Of a stretch of 34,083 bases of DNA, positions 1 through 8,521 are shown piece by piece. Position 1 is the first letter of the stretch; every line of letters begins with the position of its first letter. The translations under genes were made by a program, and so were the position numbers. The notes under the pieces are model-generated. The model made no database searches, was not told the origin of the DNA, and was given only the letters and a program-made list of their open reading frames with translations. The DNA comes from a virus (lineage: Duplodnaviria; Heunggongvirae; Uroviricota; Caudoviricetes): positions 1-34,083 of the IMG/VR virus record IMGVR_UViG_2698536651_000008; one strand, given 5' to 3'.

Positions 1-375
1 TTACCTGATACTCGAAGGTTTAATACCCTGACTTCTTCGGGTGGCGCAGTACTGGCTGATAAGCGATTTCGTAATTTGAAATGCGCATGGGTCATTCGTT
101 ATTTTTGTGAAGATTTCAATTTTTCCAAGATTAGATCTCCCATGCTCTTCGTGTTTACCCTTTAAATCCCACCAGATCTGTGTCAGCTCCGACAGACGTC
201 GCTTGTCTGTTGGTTTTGATAGCCATTCTTTATTGTGGTGGTTGTACAACGTGTATTTCTCGAAAGCGACAGCTTCGCTTTTCTTATCAAACTTCCTACG
301 GATGCGTTTTCCATTACGTCCAGTAGGGCGGATGTCCACTTCATATCGACCATCATCGAGTTTTTTGATTGCCAT
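1..375 (-). CDS. int: Phage integrase (P2 Int-like), N-terminal 124 aa only; gene continues beyond the left window edge
   Basis: ORF-track translation MAIKKLDDGRYEVDIRPTGRNGKRIRRKF... recognised as the P2 Int N-terminus; sits downstream of C on the same strand as in P2. Truncated by the window, not by mutation. Confidence 0.85.
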   Translation of the reverse strand: MAIKKLDDGRYEVDIRPTGRNGKRIRRKFDKKSEAVAFEKYTLYNHHNKEWLSKPTDKRRLSELTQIWWDLKGKHEEHGRSNLGKIEIFTKITNDPCAFQITKSLISQYCATRRSQGIKPSSIR

Positions 376-490
376 CAGAAAACCCTCCGAGTGGTGTGTT
401 TTTTTGCGACTACTAATCGCTTTTTTCGTGGTGGCTGAAATTTAGCCACCAATAGTAGGCACTTGTGATGAATATATTCACGATGAATTG

Positions 491-790
491 TTAACCAGTC
501 TTTTGACCGGAGTGGGGCGACGTTGTTTCGTTTTGCCCAAAGTGTGCGAGAGCGGGCGCAATTTGCCCGGACTCAGGAGCGATCTGATTGGTCATGAACC
601 ATAAAGTGTATTTGGTGAATTGTGGGGTCTGCAGGATGTTCATCATGACATCTGTTGGAGGTGTTGAACGACCACTTTCATAGTAACTCAGCGTGCCATA
701 CGGAACCCCTGTTAAATCAGCAAGTTGTTGTCTGCTCAAATACTCTGATTTTCGCATTAAGACTATCTTCTCGCTTATCGTGTTTGACAT
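491..790 (-). CDS. C: Immunity repressor C (99 aa)
   Basis: 99-aa ORF MSNTISEKIVLMRKSEYLSRQQLADLTGVPYGTLSYYESGRS... with an HTH motif; length and sequence as I recall for P2 C; divergent from cox. Confidence 0.85.
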   Translation of the reverse strand: MSNTISEKIVLMRKSEYLSRQQLADLTGVPYGTLSYYESGRSTPPTDVMMNILQTPQFTKYTLWFMTNQIAPESGQIAPALAHFGQNETTSPHSGQKTG

Positions 791-904
791 GGTGTTTAGA
801 TCTCAATAGTATTTAGTTTAGATATAGATTGTTTAGTGCTTGGATGTGGGCACTAAAAGGCATTATAAGGCATTAAACGCAATTCATGAGGTCTGGAGGA
901 CGAC
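791..904. promoter_or_regulatory. C/cox intergenic switch region (Pe/Pc-type) with direct repeats that are candidate C operators
   Basis: GTTTAGAT at 794-801 and 816-823 (22-bp spacing), variant GTTTAGTG at 831-838; a second direct repeat AAGGCATTA at 866-874 and 876-884. P2 C is known to bind spaced direct repeats flanking the early promoter; the exact sites here are inferred. Confidence 0.45.
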
Positions 905-1180
905 ATGAGCAAGCAAGTAACACTCATGACTGATGCGATTCCTTATCAGGAGTTCGCAAAACTAATAGGAAAATCGACAGGAGCGGTTCGTCGGATGATC
1001 GATAAAGGAAAGCTGCCTGTAATTGATATGACCGATCCACAATCAGCTTCAGGTCGTGCAGGTGAATATTGGGTATACCTTCCGGCATGGAATAACGGAC
1101 TAAAACTGGCTTATGAAAGCCGTCCTAAAGAGATTCGTGACGGCTGGTTGATGTGGTTAGGTCTCGGTGAACCACGTTAA
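905..1180 (+). CDS. cox: Cox (excisionase / repressor of Pc), 91 aa
   Basis: 91-aa ORF MSKQVTLMTDAIPYQEFAKLIGKSTGAVRRMIDKGKLPV... matches P2 Cox in length and position; SD GGAGGA upstream. Confidence 0.85.
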   Translation: MSKQVTLMTDAIPYQEFAKLIGKSTGAVRRMIDKGKLPVIDMTDPQSASGRAGEYWVYLPAWNNGLKLAYESRPKEIRDGWLMWLGLGEPR

Positions 1181-1190
1181 GGAGAACCGT

Positions 1191-1361
1191 ATGAATGAGC
1201 CTCGTTGTATTGCTCAGTTATTGCGTAACGAAAGCCCCAGGGCGATTGACTTCACCATCACCCACGGTAAGGGGCGTAAGGGAATCATTATCCGCACCAA
1301 AAAACAGAGTCCGTTAAAAAAGGCTCTGACCTTTCTGAAAAGCCGGAGGGTCTGGAAATGA
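1191..1361 (+). CDS. Small basic hypothetical protein (about 56 aa) of the early operon
   Basis: ATG at 1191 preceded by AAGGAG; the ORF track's longer version (1167) begins at a GTG inside the cox 3' end. Stop overlaps the B start (ATGA). Position equals the small ORF between cox and B in P2-like phages. Confidence 0.4.
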   Translation: MNEPRCIAQLLRNESPRAIDFTITHGKGRKGIIIRTKKQSPLKKALTFLKSRRVWK

Positions 1362-1858
1362 CAGTGATGACGCTCAATCTCGTTGAAAAACAGCCAGCAG
1401 CTATGCGCCGGATAATTGGTAAGCATCTTGCCGTTCCTCGCTGGCAGGATACATGTGATTATTATAATCAGATGATGGAGCGCGAACGGTTAACGGTTTG
1501 CTTCCATGCGCAGTTAAAACAGCGTCACGCAACGATGCGTTTTGAAGAAATGAACGACGTCGAACGTGAACGACTGGTATGTGCAATTGATGAATTGCGT
1601 GGGGCATTCTCAAAACGCCGTCAGGTTGGCGCAAGTGAGTATGCATATATTAGTTTTTTAACAGTCAGTCAGCGTCGTACTTTATTTATGCATGCCGGAT
1701 TGACTGAAAAAGAATTCAACCAGCCATACTGGCGAATTAATGAAGAATCATGTTACTGGCGTGATGCTTTATTCCGTGCATTACGTGAATTATTCAGCCT
1801 GTTTGAGTATGCACCGACAATTCTGACGTCGGTAAAACCAGAGCAATATCTGCATTAA
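1358..1858 (+). CDS. B: Replication protein B (166 aa)
   Basis: 166-aa ORF in the P2 B position and of the P2 B length; translationally coupled to the upstream ORF. Confidence 0.75.
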   Translation: MTVMTLNLVEKQPAAMRRIIGKHLAVPRWQDTCDYYNQMMERERLTVCFHAQLKQRHATMRFEEMNDVERERLVCAIDELRGAFSKRRQVGASEYAYISFLTVSQRRTLFMHAGLTEKEFNQPYWRINEESCYWRDALFRALRELFSLFEYAPTILTSVKPEQYLH

Positions 1859-1879
1859 GTAATTAACCAGAGTTTTTAA

Positions 1880-1908
1880 CGCACTTAATTGTGCGGGGCT
1901 TTTTTTTG
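1880..1908 (+). terminator. Putative rho-independent terminator after B
   Basis: Short GC-containing hairpin (cgcac-ttaatt-gtgcg) followed by GGGGC and a run of 8 T. Confidence 0.4.
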
Positions 1909-1921
1909 CCTGGAGAAAGTC

Positions 1922-2146
1922 ATGCATACAGTTTCTGAAAATCAGTGCGGTAAATACGCATTACTGCTGCAACAGGCCAGAACCGAAGCACAGGCCGACG
2001 CGGCGACGCGCTTTTCTTCTCATCTTGACGCCATGATTCGCCACATCACAAAGGCGGAGTTATCCCGCGTGGAGATAGTCGAGCTGCTCAGTCAGGAGTC
2101 GGAAAAATTTCACAATATCGGATTGTCTCGCGGGGAGGTACTTTGA
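1922..2146 (+). CDS. Early-operon hypothetical protein (P2 orf80-like)
   Basis: ATG at 1922 with SD GGAGAAAG; the ORF-track start at 1889 would overlap the terminator hairpin. Chained with neighbouring ORFs by overlapping stop/start. Confidence 0.5.
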   Translation: MHTVSENQCGKYALLLQQARTEAQADAATRFSSHLDAMIRHITKAELSRVEIVELLSQESEKFHNIGLSRGEVL

Positions 2147-2445
2147 TGTCCTGTTCTCATTCAGTTGTATTACTGAATAACGCCTTAAAAATCGCCGTTA
2201 TGGAAAATGGTGATTTGTCTCTTATTCAACTTTGTCTTGATAAAGAAAAACGCGACATAACTGAATCTGTTATCGCGATTTATCAGAATGAATTAAACCT
2301 CCTGTCTGATGTGGTCAATTTACTTGTTAAACGCGCTGTATTTCACAAGCAAATTTCCTCAGTGGATGAACTGACAAAATTAACGACAGAACTCGCCAGT
2401 TATTGCGCTGATGTATCCAGGAAACTTAACGATAAAAGGAGCTGA
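2143..2445 (+). CDS. Early-operon hypothetical protein (P2 orf81-like), 100 aa
   Basis: ATGA overlap with the upstream ORF; SD AAAGGAG precedes the next gene. Confidence 0.5.
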   Translation: MMSCSHSVVLLNNALKIAVMENGDLSLIQLCLDKEKRDITESVIAIYQNELNLLSDVVNLLVKRAVFHKQISSVDELTKLTTELASYCADVSRKLNDKRS

Positions 2446-2447
2446 TA

Positions 2448-2672
2448 ATGCCGGACAACGTAGATTTTATTCAGGAACAACAGGCTGAATTACTGGAGCG
2501 CCAGATTAACGCGGCAAGGGTAAAACATTGCGGTGCTTCTGCGCTGGTTTGCGAAGAGTGTGACGCGCCAATACCTGCTGCCCGTCGTGCTGCTTATCCC
2601 TCAGCCACGCGTTGTGTTTCCTGTCAGTCAGTCTTTGAAGCAAAAAACAAACATTACCGGAGAACGGCATGA
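2448..2672 (+). CDS. TraR/DksA-family C4 zinc-finger protein (P2 orf82-like), 74 aa
   Basis: CxxC...CxxC arrangement (CEECD ... CVSCQ) in a 74-aa protein, typical of phage TraR-like zinc-finger proteins. Confidence 0.7.
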   Translation: MPDNVDFIQEQQAELLERQINAARVKHCGASALVCEECDAPIPAARRAAYPSATRCVSCQSVFEAKNKHYRRTA

Positions 2673-2944
2673 GTATTCGTATCGAAATTGGCGAACGTTA
2701 TGTCGTTACCAGTGACAGCTTTCAGTTTATTCTCCACGAGAAAAAGAGAGCGGAAAGCGGTAAAAACGCCGGTCAGGAATGGCTGGCGGTGGTTGGTTAT
2801 TACCCGAAATTAAGCCAGCTCGTTTCCGGCCTGATGCATCACGATATTCTGACCGGAAGCGCAAAGTCTTTTGCTGATTTAAACGCGCAGGTTGAGCAAC
2901 TCAGCAAGCGTTGTTCAGAGGCTTTGGGCTCATATGGCCGTTAA
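2669..2944 (+). CDS. Early-operon hypothetical protein (P2 orf83-like), 91 aa
   Basis: ORF overlapping its neighbours at both ends (ATGA). Confidence 0.5.
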   Translation: MSIRIEIGERYVVTSDSFQFILHEKKRAESGKNAGQEWLAVVGYYPKLSQLVSGLMHHDILTGSAKSFADLNAQVEQLSKRCSEALGSYGR

Positions 2945-5207
2945 AGCCTCCGGGCGCTTTGTCCCTCCGTCAGCATTTGCCGCAGGCACCGGTAAGACGT
3001 TTACCGGTGCTTATGCATGGAACGCGCCACGCGAGGCCGTCGGGCGCGAAAGACCCCTTACACGTGACGAGATGCGTCAGGTGCAAGGTGTTTTATCCAC
3101 GATTAACCGCCTGCCTTACTTTTTGCGCTCGCTGTTTACTTCACGCTATGACTACATCCGGCGCAATAAAAGCCCGGTACACGGGTTTTATTTCCTCACA
3201 TCCACTTTTCAGCGTCGTTTATGGCCGCGCATTGAGCGCGTGAATCAGCGCCATGAAATGAACACCGACGCGTCGTTGCTGTTTCTGGCAGAGCGTGACC
3301 ACTATGCGCGTCTGCCGGGGATGAATGACAAGGAGCTGAAAAAGTTTGCCGCCCGTATTTCATCGCAGCTTTTCATGATGTATGAGGAACTCTGCGATGC
3401 CTGGGTGGATGCGCATGGCGAAAAAGAATCACTGTTTACGGATGAGGCGCAGGATCATCTGTATGGTCATGTTGCTGGCGCTGCACGTGCTTTCAATATT
3501 TCCCCGCTCTACTGGAAAAAATACCGTAAAGGACAGATAACTACGAGGCAGGCATATTCTGCCATTGCCCGCCTGTTTAACGATGAGTGGTGGACTCATC
3601 AGTTTAAAGGCCAGCGTATGCGCTGGCATGAGGCGTTACTGATTGCTGTCGGGGAGGTCAATAAAGACCGTTCTCCTTATGCCAGTAAACATGCCATTCG
3701 TGATGTGCGTGCACGCCGCCAGGCAAATCTGGAGTTTCTTAAATCGTGTGACCTTGAAAATAAGGAAACCGGCGAGCGCATTGACCTTATCAGTAAGGTG
3801 ATGGGCAGTATTTCTAATCCTGAAATTCGCCGGATGGAGCTGATGAACACCATTGCCGGTATTGAGCGTTACGCCGCTGCAGAGGGTGATGTGGGGATGT
3901 TTATCACGCTGACCGCGCCGTCAAAGTATCACCCGACACGTCAGGTCGGAAAAGGCGAAAGTAAAACCGTTCAGCTTAATCACGGCTGGAACGATGAGGC
4001 ATTTAATCCAAAGGATGCGCAGCGTTATCTCTGCCGTATCTGGAGCCTGATGCGCACGGCATTCAAGGATAATGATTTACAGGCCTACGGTTTGCGTGTC
4101 GTCGAGCCACACCACGACGGAACGCCGCACTGGCATATGATGCTTTTTTGTAATCCACGCCAGCGTAACCAGATTATCGAAATCATGCGTCGCTATGCGC
4201 TCAAAGAGGATGGCGACGAAAGAGGAGCCGCGCGAAACCGTTTTCAGGCAAAACACCTTAACCGGGGCGGTGCTGCGGGGTATATCGCGAAATACATCTC
4301 AAAAAATATCGATGGCTATGCACTGGATGGTCAGCTCGATAACGATACCGGCAGACCGCTGAAAGACACTGCTGCGGCTGTTACCGCATGGGCGTCAACG
4401 TGGCGCATCCCACAATTTAAAACGGTTGGTCTGCCGACAATGGGGGCTTACCGTGAACTACGCAAATTGCCTCGCGGTGTCAGCATTGCTGATGAGTTTG
4501 ACGAGCGCGTCGAGGCTGCACGCGCCGCCGCAGACAGTGGTGATTTTGCGTTGTATATCAGCGCGCAGGGTGGGGCAAATGTCCCGCGCGATTGTCAGAC
4601 TGTCAGGGTCGCCCGTAGTCCGTCGGATGAAGTTAACGAGTACGAGGAAGAAGTCGAGAGAGTGGTCGGTATTTACGCGCCGCATCTCGGCGCGCGTCAT
4701 ATTCATATCACCAGAACGACGGACTGGCGCATTGTGCCGAAAGTTCCGGTCGTTGAGCCTTTGACTTTAAAAAGCGGCATCGCCGCGCCTCGGAGTCCTG
4801 TCAATAACTGTGGAAAGCTCACCGGTGGTGATACTTCGTTACCGGCTCCCACACCTTCTGAACACGCTGCAGCAGTGCTTAATCTGGTTGATGACGGTGT
4901 TATCGAATGGAATGACACGGAGGTCGTGAGGGCGCTCAGGGGGGCATTAAAACACGACCTGAGAACACCAAATCGTCAGCAAAGAAACGGAAGCCCGTTA
5001 AAACCACATGAAATTGCACCATCGGCCAGACTGACCCGGTCGGAAAGAATGCAAATTACCCGTATCCGCGTTGACCTTGCTCAGAACGGTATCAGGCCGC
5101 AGCGATGGGAGCTTGAGGCGCTGGCGCGTGGGGCAACATTGTTTTACAACGGGAAAAAATTTACGTATCCAGCCGTAGAAGAGTGGGCGGTTTTTTCCAC
5201 AAACTAA
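2934..5207 (+). CDS. A: Replication initiation protein A (rolling-circle nickase)
   Basis: Large ORF; I chose the ATG at 2934 (MAVKASGRFVPP...) because the ORF-track start at 2892 is a TTG. Contains an HUH-like HWHMMLF motif and the tyrosine pair in AGYIAKYISKNIDGYAL expected for gpA-type nickases. Confidence 0.85.
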   Translation: MAVKASGRFVPPSAFAAGTGKTFTGAYAWNAPREAVGRERPLTRDEMRQVQGVLSTINRLPYFLRSLFTSRYDYIRRNKSPVHGFYFLTSTFQRRLWPRIERVNQRHEMNTDASLLFLAERDHYARLPGMNDKELKKFAARISSQLFMMYEELCDAWVDAHGEKESLFTDEAQDHLYGHVAGAARAFNISPLYWKKYRKGQITTRQAYSAIARLFNDEWWTHQFKGQRMRWHEALLIAVGEVNKDRSPYASKHAIRDVRARRQANLEFLKSCDLENKETGERIDLISKVMGSISNPEIRRMELMNTIAGIERYAAAEGDVGMFITLTAPSKYHPTRQVGKGESKTVQLNHGWNDEAFNPKDAQRYLCRIWSLMRTAFKDNDLQAYGLRVVEPHHDGTPHWHMMLFCNPRQRNQIIEIMRRYALKEDGDERGAARNRFQAKHLNRGGAAGYIAKYISKNIDGYALDGQLDNDTGRPLKDTAAAVTAWASTWRIPQFKTVGLPTMGAYRELRKLPRGVSIADEFDERVEAARAAADSGDFALYISAQGGANVPRDCQTVRVARSPSDEVNEYEEEVERVVGIYAPHLGARHIHITRTTDWRIVPKVPVVEPLTLKSGIAAPRSPVNNCGKLTGGDTSLPAPTPSEHAAAVLNLVDDGVIEWNDTEVVRALRGALKHDLRTPNRQQRNGSPLKPHEIAPSARLTRSERMQITRIRVDLAQNGIRPQRWELEALARGATLFYNGKKFTYPAVEEWAVFSTN

Positions 5208-5237
5208 TAATTATGTTTGACAAAGAGTAACAAGGGG

Positions 5238-5272
5238 ATGCTGACAAGGTTAAAAAACTTTCTTGTCAGCAT
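5238..5272. other. Perfect 11-bp inverted repeat with 13-nt loop just after A
   Basis: atgctgacaag (5238-5248) and cttgtcagcat (5262-5272) are exact reverse complements; no clear U-tract follows on either strand. Confidence 0.35.
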
Positions 5273-5387
5273 GGTTAACTGGAACGGTGAGAACAGAACA
5301 GCTATGAGTAATTTGAATACAACTAATGCCACTCTTCAATATGCGACTATTAGGAGGAGGATTATAATGAAAATAGTCACATAGAGT

Positions 5388-5420
5388 AAAATAAGGGCAA
5401 GGGGTATTCTTGCCCTTATT
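5388..5420 (-). terminator. Putative rho-independent terminator for the SIR2-like gene
   Basis: 12-bp hairpin aataagggcaag / cttgcccttatt immediately after the minus-strand stop (5424-5426), followed on the minus strand by a T-rich tract. Confidence 0.45.
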
Positions 5421-5423
5421 TAT

Positions 5424-8018
5424 TTAGGCAGCAATACCAATGTTATTTTTACATGTTGAGAGGGTATTTTTTGGGACTGCTGGCCAAGCTAAGTATCTAT
5501 AATAGTTCATATAATCCTTCTCTATAAGTGTTTTTAGCTGTTTGATAGCCTTAAGTTCATCATCGAGTAAAAAGAATGCACACATGGCTGCATCTCCTTT
5601 TGAATTGTTGTGTGCTAAAATTGAATTTATTTCATTCTTTTTGATTTCTTGTTTGTCTTTTTTCTTTGCTACTTCTCTATTGATTATTAAAACATCTTTT
5701 TCCCTGTACTCTTTAATTTTGTCAAGGTTTTCGTTAACTATTTTAATTGTTTCTTTATAATTTCCTGCAAGAAGGTTGGTATAAGCTTTTCCTAAAATAT
5801 AATCACTAAAACCGTAACCTTTATCATAAGCTTCATCAAGAAGGTTTATTGCTTTGTGATAATCGCCACTTAAGGATGAAATATCAGATTTTAATTTTAG
5901 GATGGTTATTTCAGATGTATCTCTTGGCAGGCTCTCAATAAAATCCTCAGCTAGTTTAATGTTGTCTTTATCAATTAATAAGATTTCTACGATGTTCTCT
6001 ATATGATTATTTCTCCACGGACAGTTCATGGCTTCTTTAGCTAGTTCAATACCAGTTTTGATATCTTTATTGCAACCGATTTCATATCGAGCTTTGAATA
6101 TCATGAAAGGAGCAATTCTGGCGATATCACCCTCTTCTTCATATGTGTCAATAAAATCTTTCATTAAATCCGGAGTGTTTTCATCGAAATCATTATGAAA
6201 TAAAGATAAATGAAGTTTTGTTAAATATTTTAATATATTTCTTTTTTTGTTTTTTGATGATGTTTTATATACGTTGGATAATGTTTTTATGCATGATAAT
6301 GTTTCTTCTTTTTTTTGTAATGAGCAGGTGAAGTCAGTATATAAAGACAAGTATGTCTCGTGAGTGGGATTGATTTCCTTCAATTTATCAAGAAGTTCTT
6401 GTGTTTGTTTATTACAATCTTCCTTGTCATGATTTGATTGATGCTTAGTTTGTATTGCATCATATTTTATCCTCCAAGCAGTATTGTCAAGATCCCTGCT
6501 TTGAAGTAAGCTTTTATCAATTAAATCATTTATTTCATTAAAGCTTATCAATTCCTCGTCATTATTTTCTAGATGTAAGATAGCAATTCTGCTTAAATGA
6601 TTCTTAAGATTTATGCTATATGGAAATTTTTCCAGCAATCCTTTGAGATAATTTATTTTTTCTTTCAGATTTGTGAATATATTTGTTCTCAATAGTGCGT
6701 AACTTATATTGAACTCATCAAGAGCGATCAGCTTATCACTAATTTCTAATGCTGACTTTGTTTCTTTTTGTTCTTCTTTTATTTGAATTAACCTGCGCAG
6801 ATATTTGGATTTAATGTTGTCACTATCAGCGTTATGGATTAATTCATTTAGTTTTGACTCTGCGGTTGGATATTCTTTATTTTTAATGAGATTATCAATA
6901 TGTAATAAGTTTTTGAACTCCTCTTCGGGGATTTTTTGATCGTCTAAATCACTTTGGGATAACTCGTCTATTAATGATGATATATCATGTTTCAAAGTTT
7001 GTTTTTTTAATTTTGAGATATCAGATTTGATAATATTATTTTTAGATAGCTTATACTCATCAGCTATAAAATTTTGGATCATCATCTCTCTTTTTGTGGA
7101 TTTTTGATTTCCACCTAAGGAGAGTGTGCAGCCTAATTCTAGGGCTAGTTCTGCCATCAATTCATCAAAACCTTCTATTTCAACCCAATACACTTTTTCT
7201 TGGCCTAGAAGCCTAATCAGCTCTGGTGGGATGGGATCATCTTTTCTTACGCACCAGTATACTCCATTTCGCAGATAGTCATCCTGTTTTAATAAATGTT
7301 TTAGAACATCCATGATAGAGCTATCATTACCAGCATAACCAACGAAAATCATTCCATATTCTTTAGTAAATTCAGTTAGCTTTTCGCGTGTGTTTCCTTC
7401 TAATGACTCGGTTTCTTTTAAAGAACTTTTTATACTATCAAATAAATAATCACCATGTAATTTTATTATTTTGGGTCTAGATGAAGTGATTGAAACACCT
7501 TTGATTGATGAATCATGCGCACATAATAAAGGTCTATCGGAAGAAAATTGATAAAATGCTTCATTTATTAAATCGTCAAAATTTGTTGTAAAGACAGTAT
7601 CAAAAAACTTTGATTCAAATAAATCAACAAGATAAGCATATCCAATTGAAGGTAATTTTTTATCTACCTGACGCTCAACAAATCTCCTGCGTTGAGATGG
7701 GAGGTCAAATTTCTTTTCAAAAAGAGAAGAGTACTCATTGTTCTGATCGTACCAATCAGGGTGGTTTTTAGATAACCATTTTTTAGCTTCTTCGGCATCA
7801 GCGTATTCTTGATTGGATAATCTTGTGTATATTTCAGCTCTCCATTTTGTAACTAGTTCTTGACCAGTTTTTATTCCAGATGTAACGGATGCGCCAGCTC
7901 CAAGAAAAAATGAATAGTTAGGAGATGTGCCTGATTTTATTTTGATATAATCAGCCAAATCTTTAACAGTTCTTTTTTTTGAAACTAGTTTCTCCTTGGT
8001 TTCATCACGCTCTGACAT
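5424..8018 (-). CDS. SIR2-like (SIR2_2-type) domain protein with long C-terminal helical/TPR-like repeat region, 864 aa; candidate anti-phage NADase effector
   Basis: N-terminal motifs FFLGAGASVTSG, FTTNFDDLINEA and KIIKLHGDY fit the glycine-rich, TTNxD and catalytic-His signatures of defence-type SIR2 domains (recognised by eye). The C-terminal ~600 aa is K/E/N/L-rich helical repeat. The gene is strongly AT-rich compared with the flanking phage genes, and sits at the P2 tin/old position. Confidence 0.6.
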   Translation of the reverse strand: MSERDETKEKLVSKKRTVKDLADYIKIKSGTSPNYSFFLGAGASVTSGIKTGQELVTKWRAEIYTRLSNQEYADAEEAKKWLSKNHPDWYDQNNEYSSLFEKKFDLPSQRRRFVERQVDKKLPSIGYAYLVDLFESKFFDTVFTTNFDDLINEAFYQFSSDRPLLCAHDSSIKGVSITSSRPKIIKLHGDYLFDSIKSSLKETESLEGNTREKLTEFTKEYGMIFVGYAGNDSSIMDVLKHLLKQDDYLRNGVYWCVRKDDPIPPELIRLLGQEKVYWVEIEGFDELMAELALELGCTLSLGGNQKSTKREMMIQNFIADEYKLSKNNIIKSDISKLKKQTLKHDISSLIDELSQSDLDDQKIPEEEFKNLLHIDNLIKNKEYPTAESKLNELIHNADSDNIKSKYLRRLIQIKEEQKETKSALEISDKLIALDEFNISYALLRTNIFTNLKEKINYLKGLLEKFPYSINLKNHLSRIAILHLENNDEELISFNEINDLIDKSLLQSRDLDNTAWRIKYDAIQTKHQSNHDKEDCNKQTQELLDKLKEINPTHETYLSLYTDFTCSLQKKEETLSCIKTLSNVYKTSSKNKKRNILKYLTKLHLSLFHNDFDENTPDLMKDFIDTYEEEGDIARIAPFMIFKARYEIGCNKDIKTGIELAKEAMNCPWRNNHIENIVEILLIDKDNIKLAEDFIESLPRDTSEITILKLKSDISSLSGDYHKAINLLDEAYDKGYGFSDYILGKAYTNLLAGNYKETIKIVNENLDKIKEYREKDVLIINREVAKKKDKQEIKKNEINSILAHNNSKGDAAMCAFFLLDDELKAIKQLKTLIEKDYMNYYRYLAWPAVPKNTLSTCKNNIGIAA

Positions 8019-8334
8019 ATTTACCCCCCATAAATTACATTGTTAAAAGTGAGAATAATCCTAAAGGTGATTTTTTTTACATTAAATTCGATTCTTTTTC
8101 GTTTTTCTTACTCGCGTTTTGTGACTGAGATCAAGCTATGAGGGAGAAATGCTTTTTTATTGTTCGTTCCAGGCTAATTGGCCTGATAGACTTTTACTAA
8201 TCATCTATGGTGTGCCATAGTGTTGAATGATTTTGCATGCATTTGTCAGGCGTTTACTAATGTTGTGATGTCTGGACTGGTGCGCTTTTGGTCATTTCAT
8301 GCACCTGCATTAAAATCGCCCCATGAAGCGGGCG

Positions 8335-8353
8335 GGCGAGGCGGGGAAAGCAC
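8335..8353. other. cos: cos site (19-nt P2 cohesive-end sequence GGCGAGGCGGGGAAAGCAC)
   Basis: Exact string ggcgaggcggggaaagcac present about 170 bp beyond the Q stop, which is where cos lies relative to Q in P2. The cos sequence is recalled from memory. Confidence 0.6.
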
Positions 8354-8494
8354 TGCGCGCTGGCGGTGGTGCTGATTTTATTTTTTCAGCGTCTGAGCGC
8401 GTCGTGAAGGCGTTTACTTGGCCTGCTGGGCGTTGGTGTGTCTGCGGGATTTTTTGTGCGGTGATGAGCGTGTGAGGGCGTGATGGCGGGGTGT

Positions 8495-8516
8495 AAAAAA
8501 GCCGCCCGCAGGCGGC
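8495..8516 (-). terminator. Rho-independent terminator for the Q-P operon
   Basis: On the minus strand: GCCGCC-TGCG-GGCGGC hairpin followed by TTTTTT, directly after the Q stop. Confidence 0.5.
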
Positions 8517-8521
8517 GATGT

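Noticed and set aside
107-445. Plus-strand ORFs (112 aa and 67 aa) overlapping the integrase N-terminus
   Set aside because: They lie antisense to a well-supported int reading frame, have no SD, and do not resemble any protein I recognise; treated as frame artefacts.
2892-2933. Longer ORF-track start for gene A (771 aa)
   Set aside because: Position 2892 is a TTG inside the upstream gene; the ATG at 2934 (MAVKASG...) gives the expected stop/start overlap, so the shorter start was used.
5542-5760. 72-aa plus-strand ORF inside the SIR2-like gene
   Set aside because: Low-complexity hydrophobic translation of the antisense strand of an AT-rich gene; no start signals; spurious.
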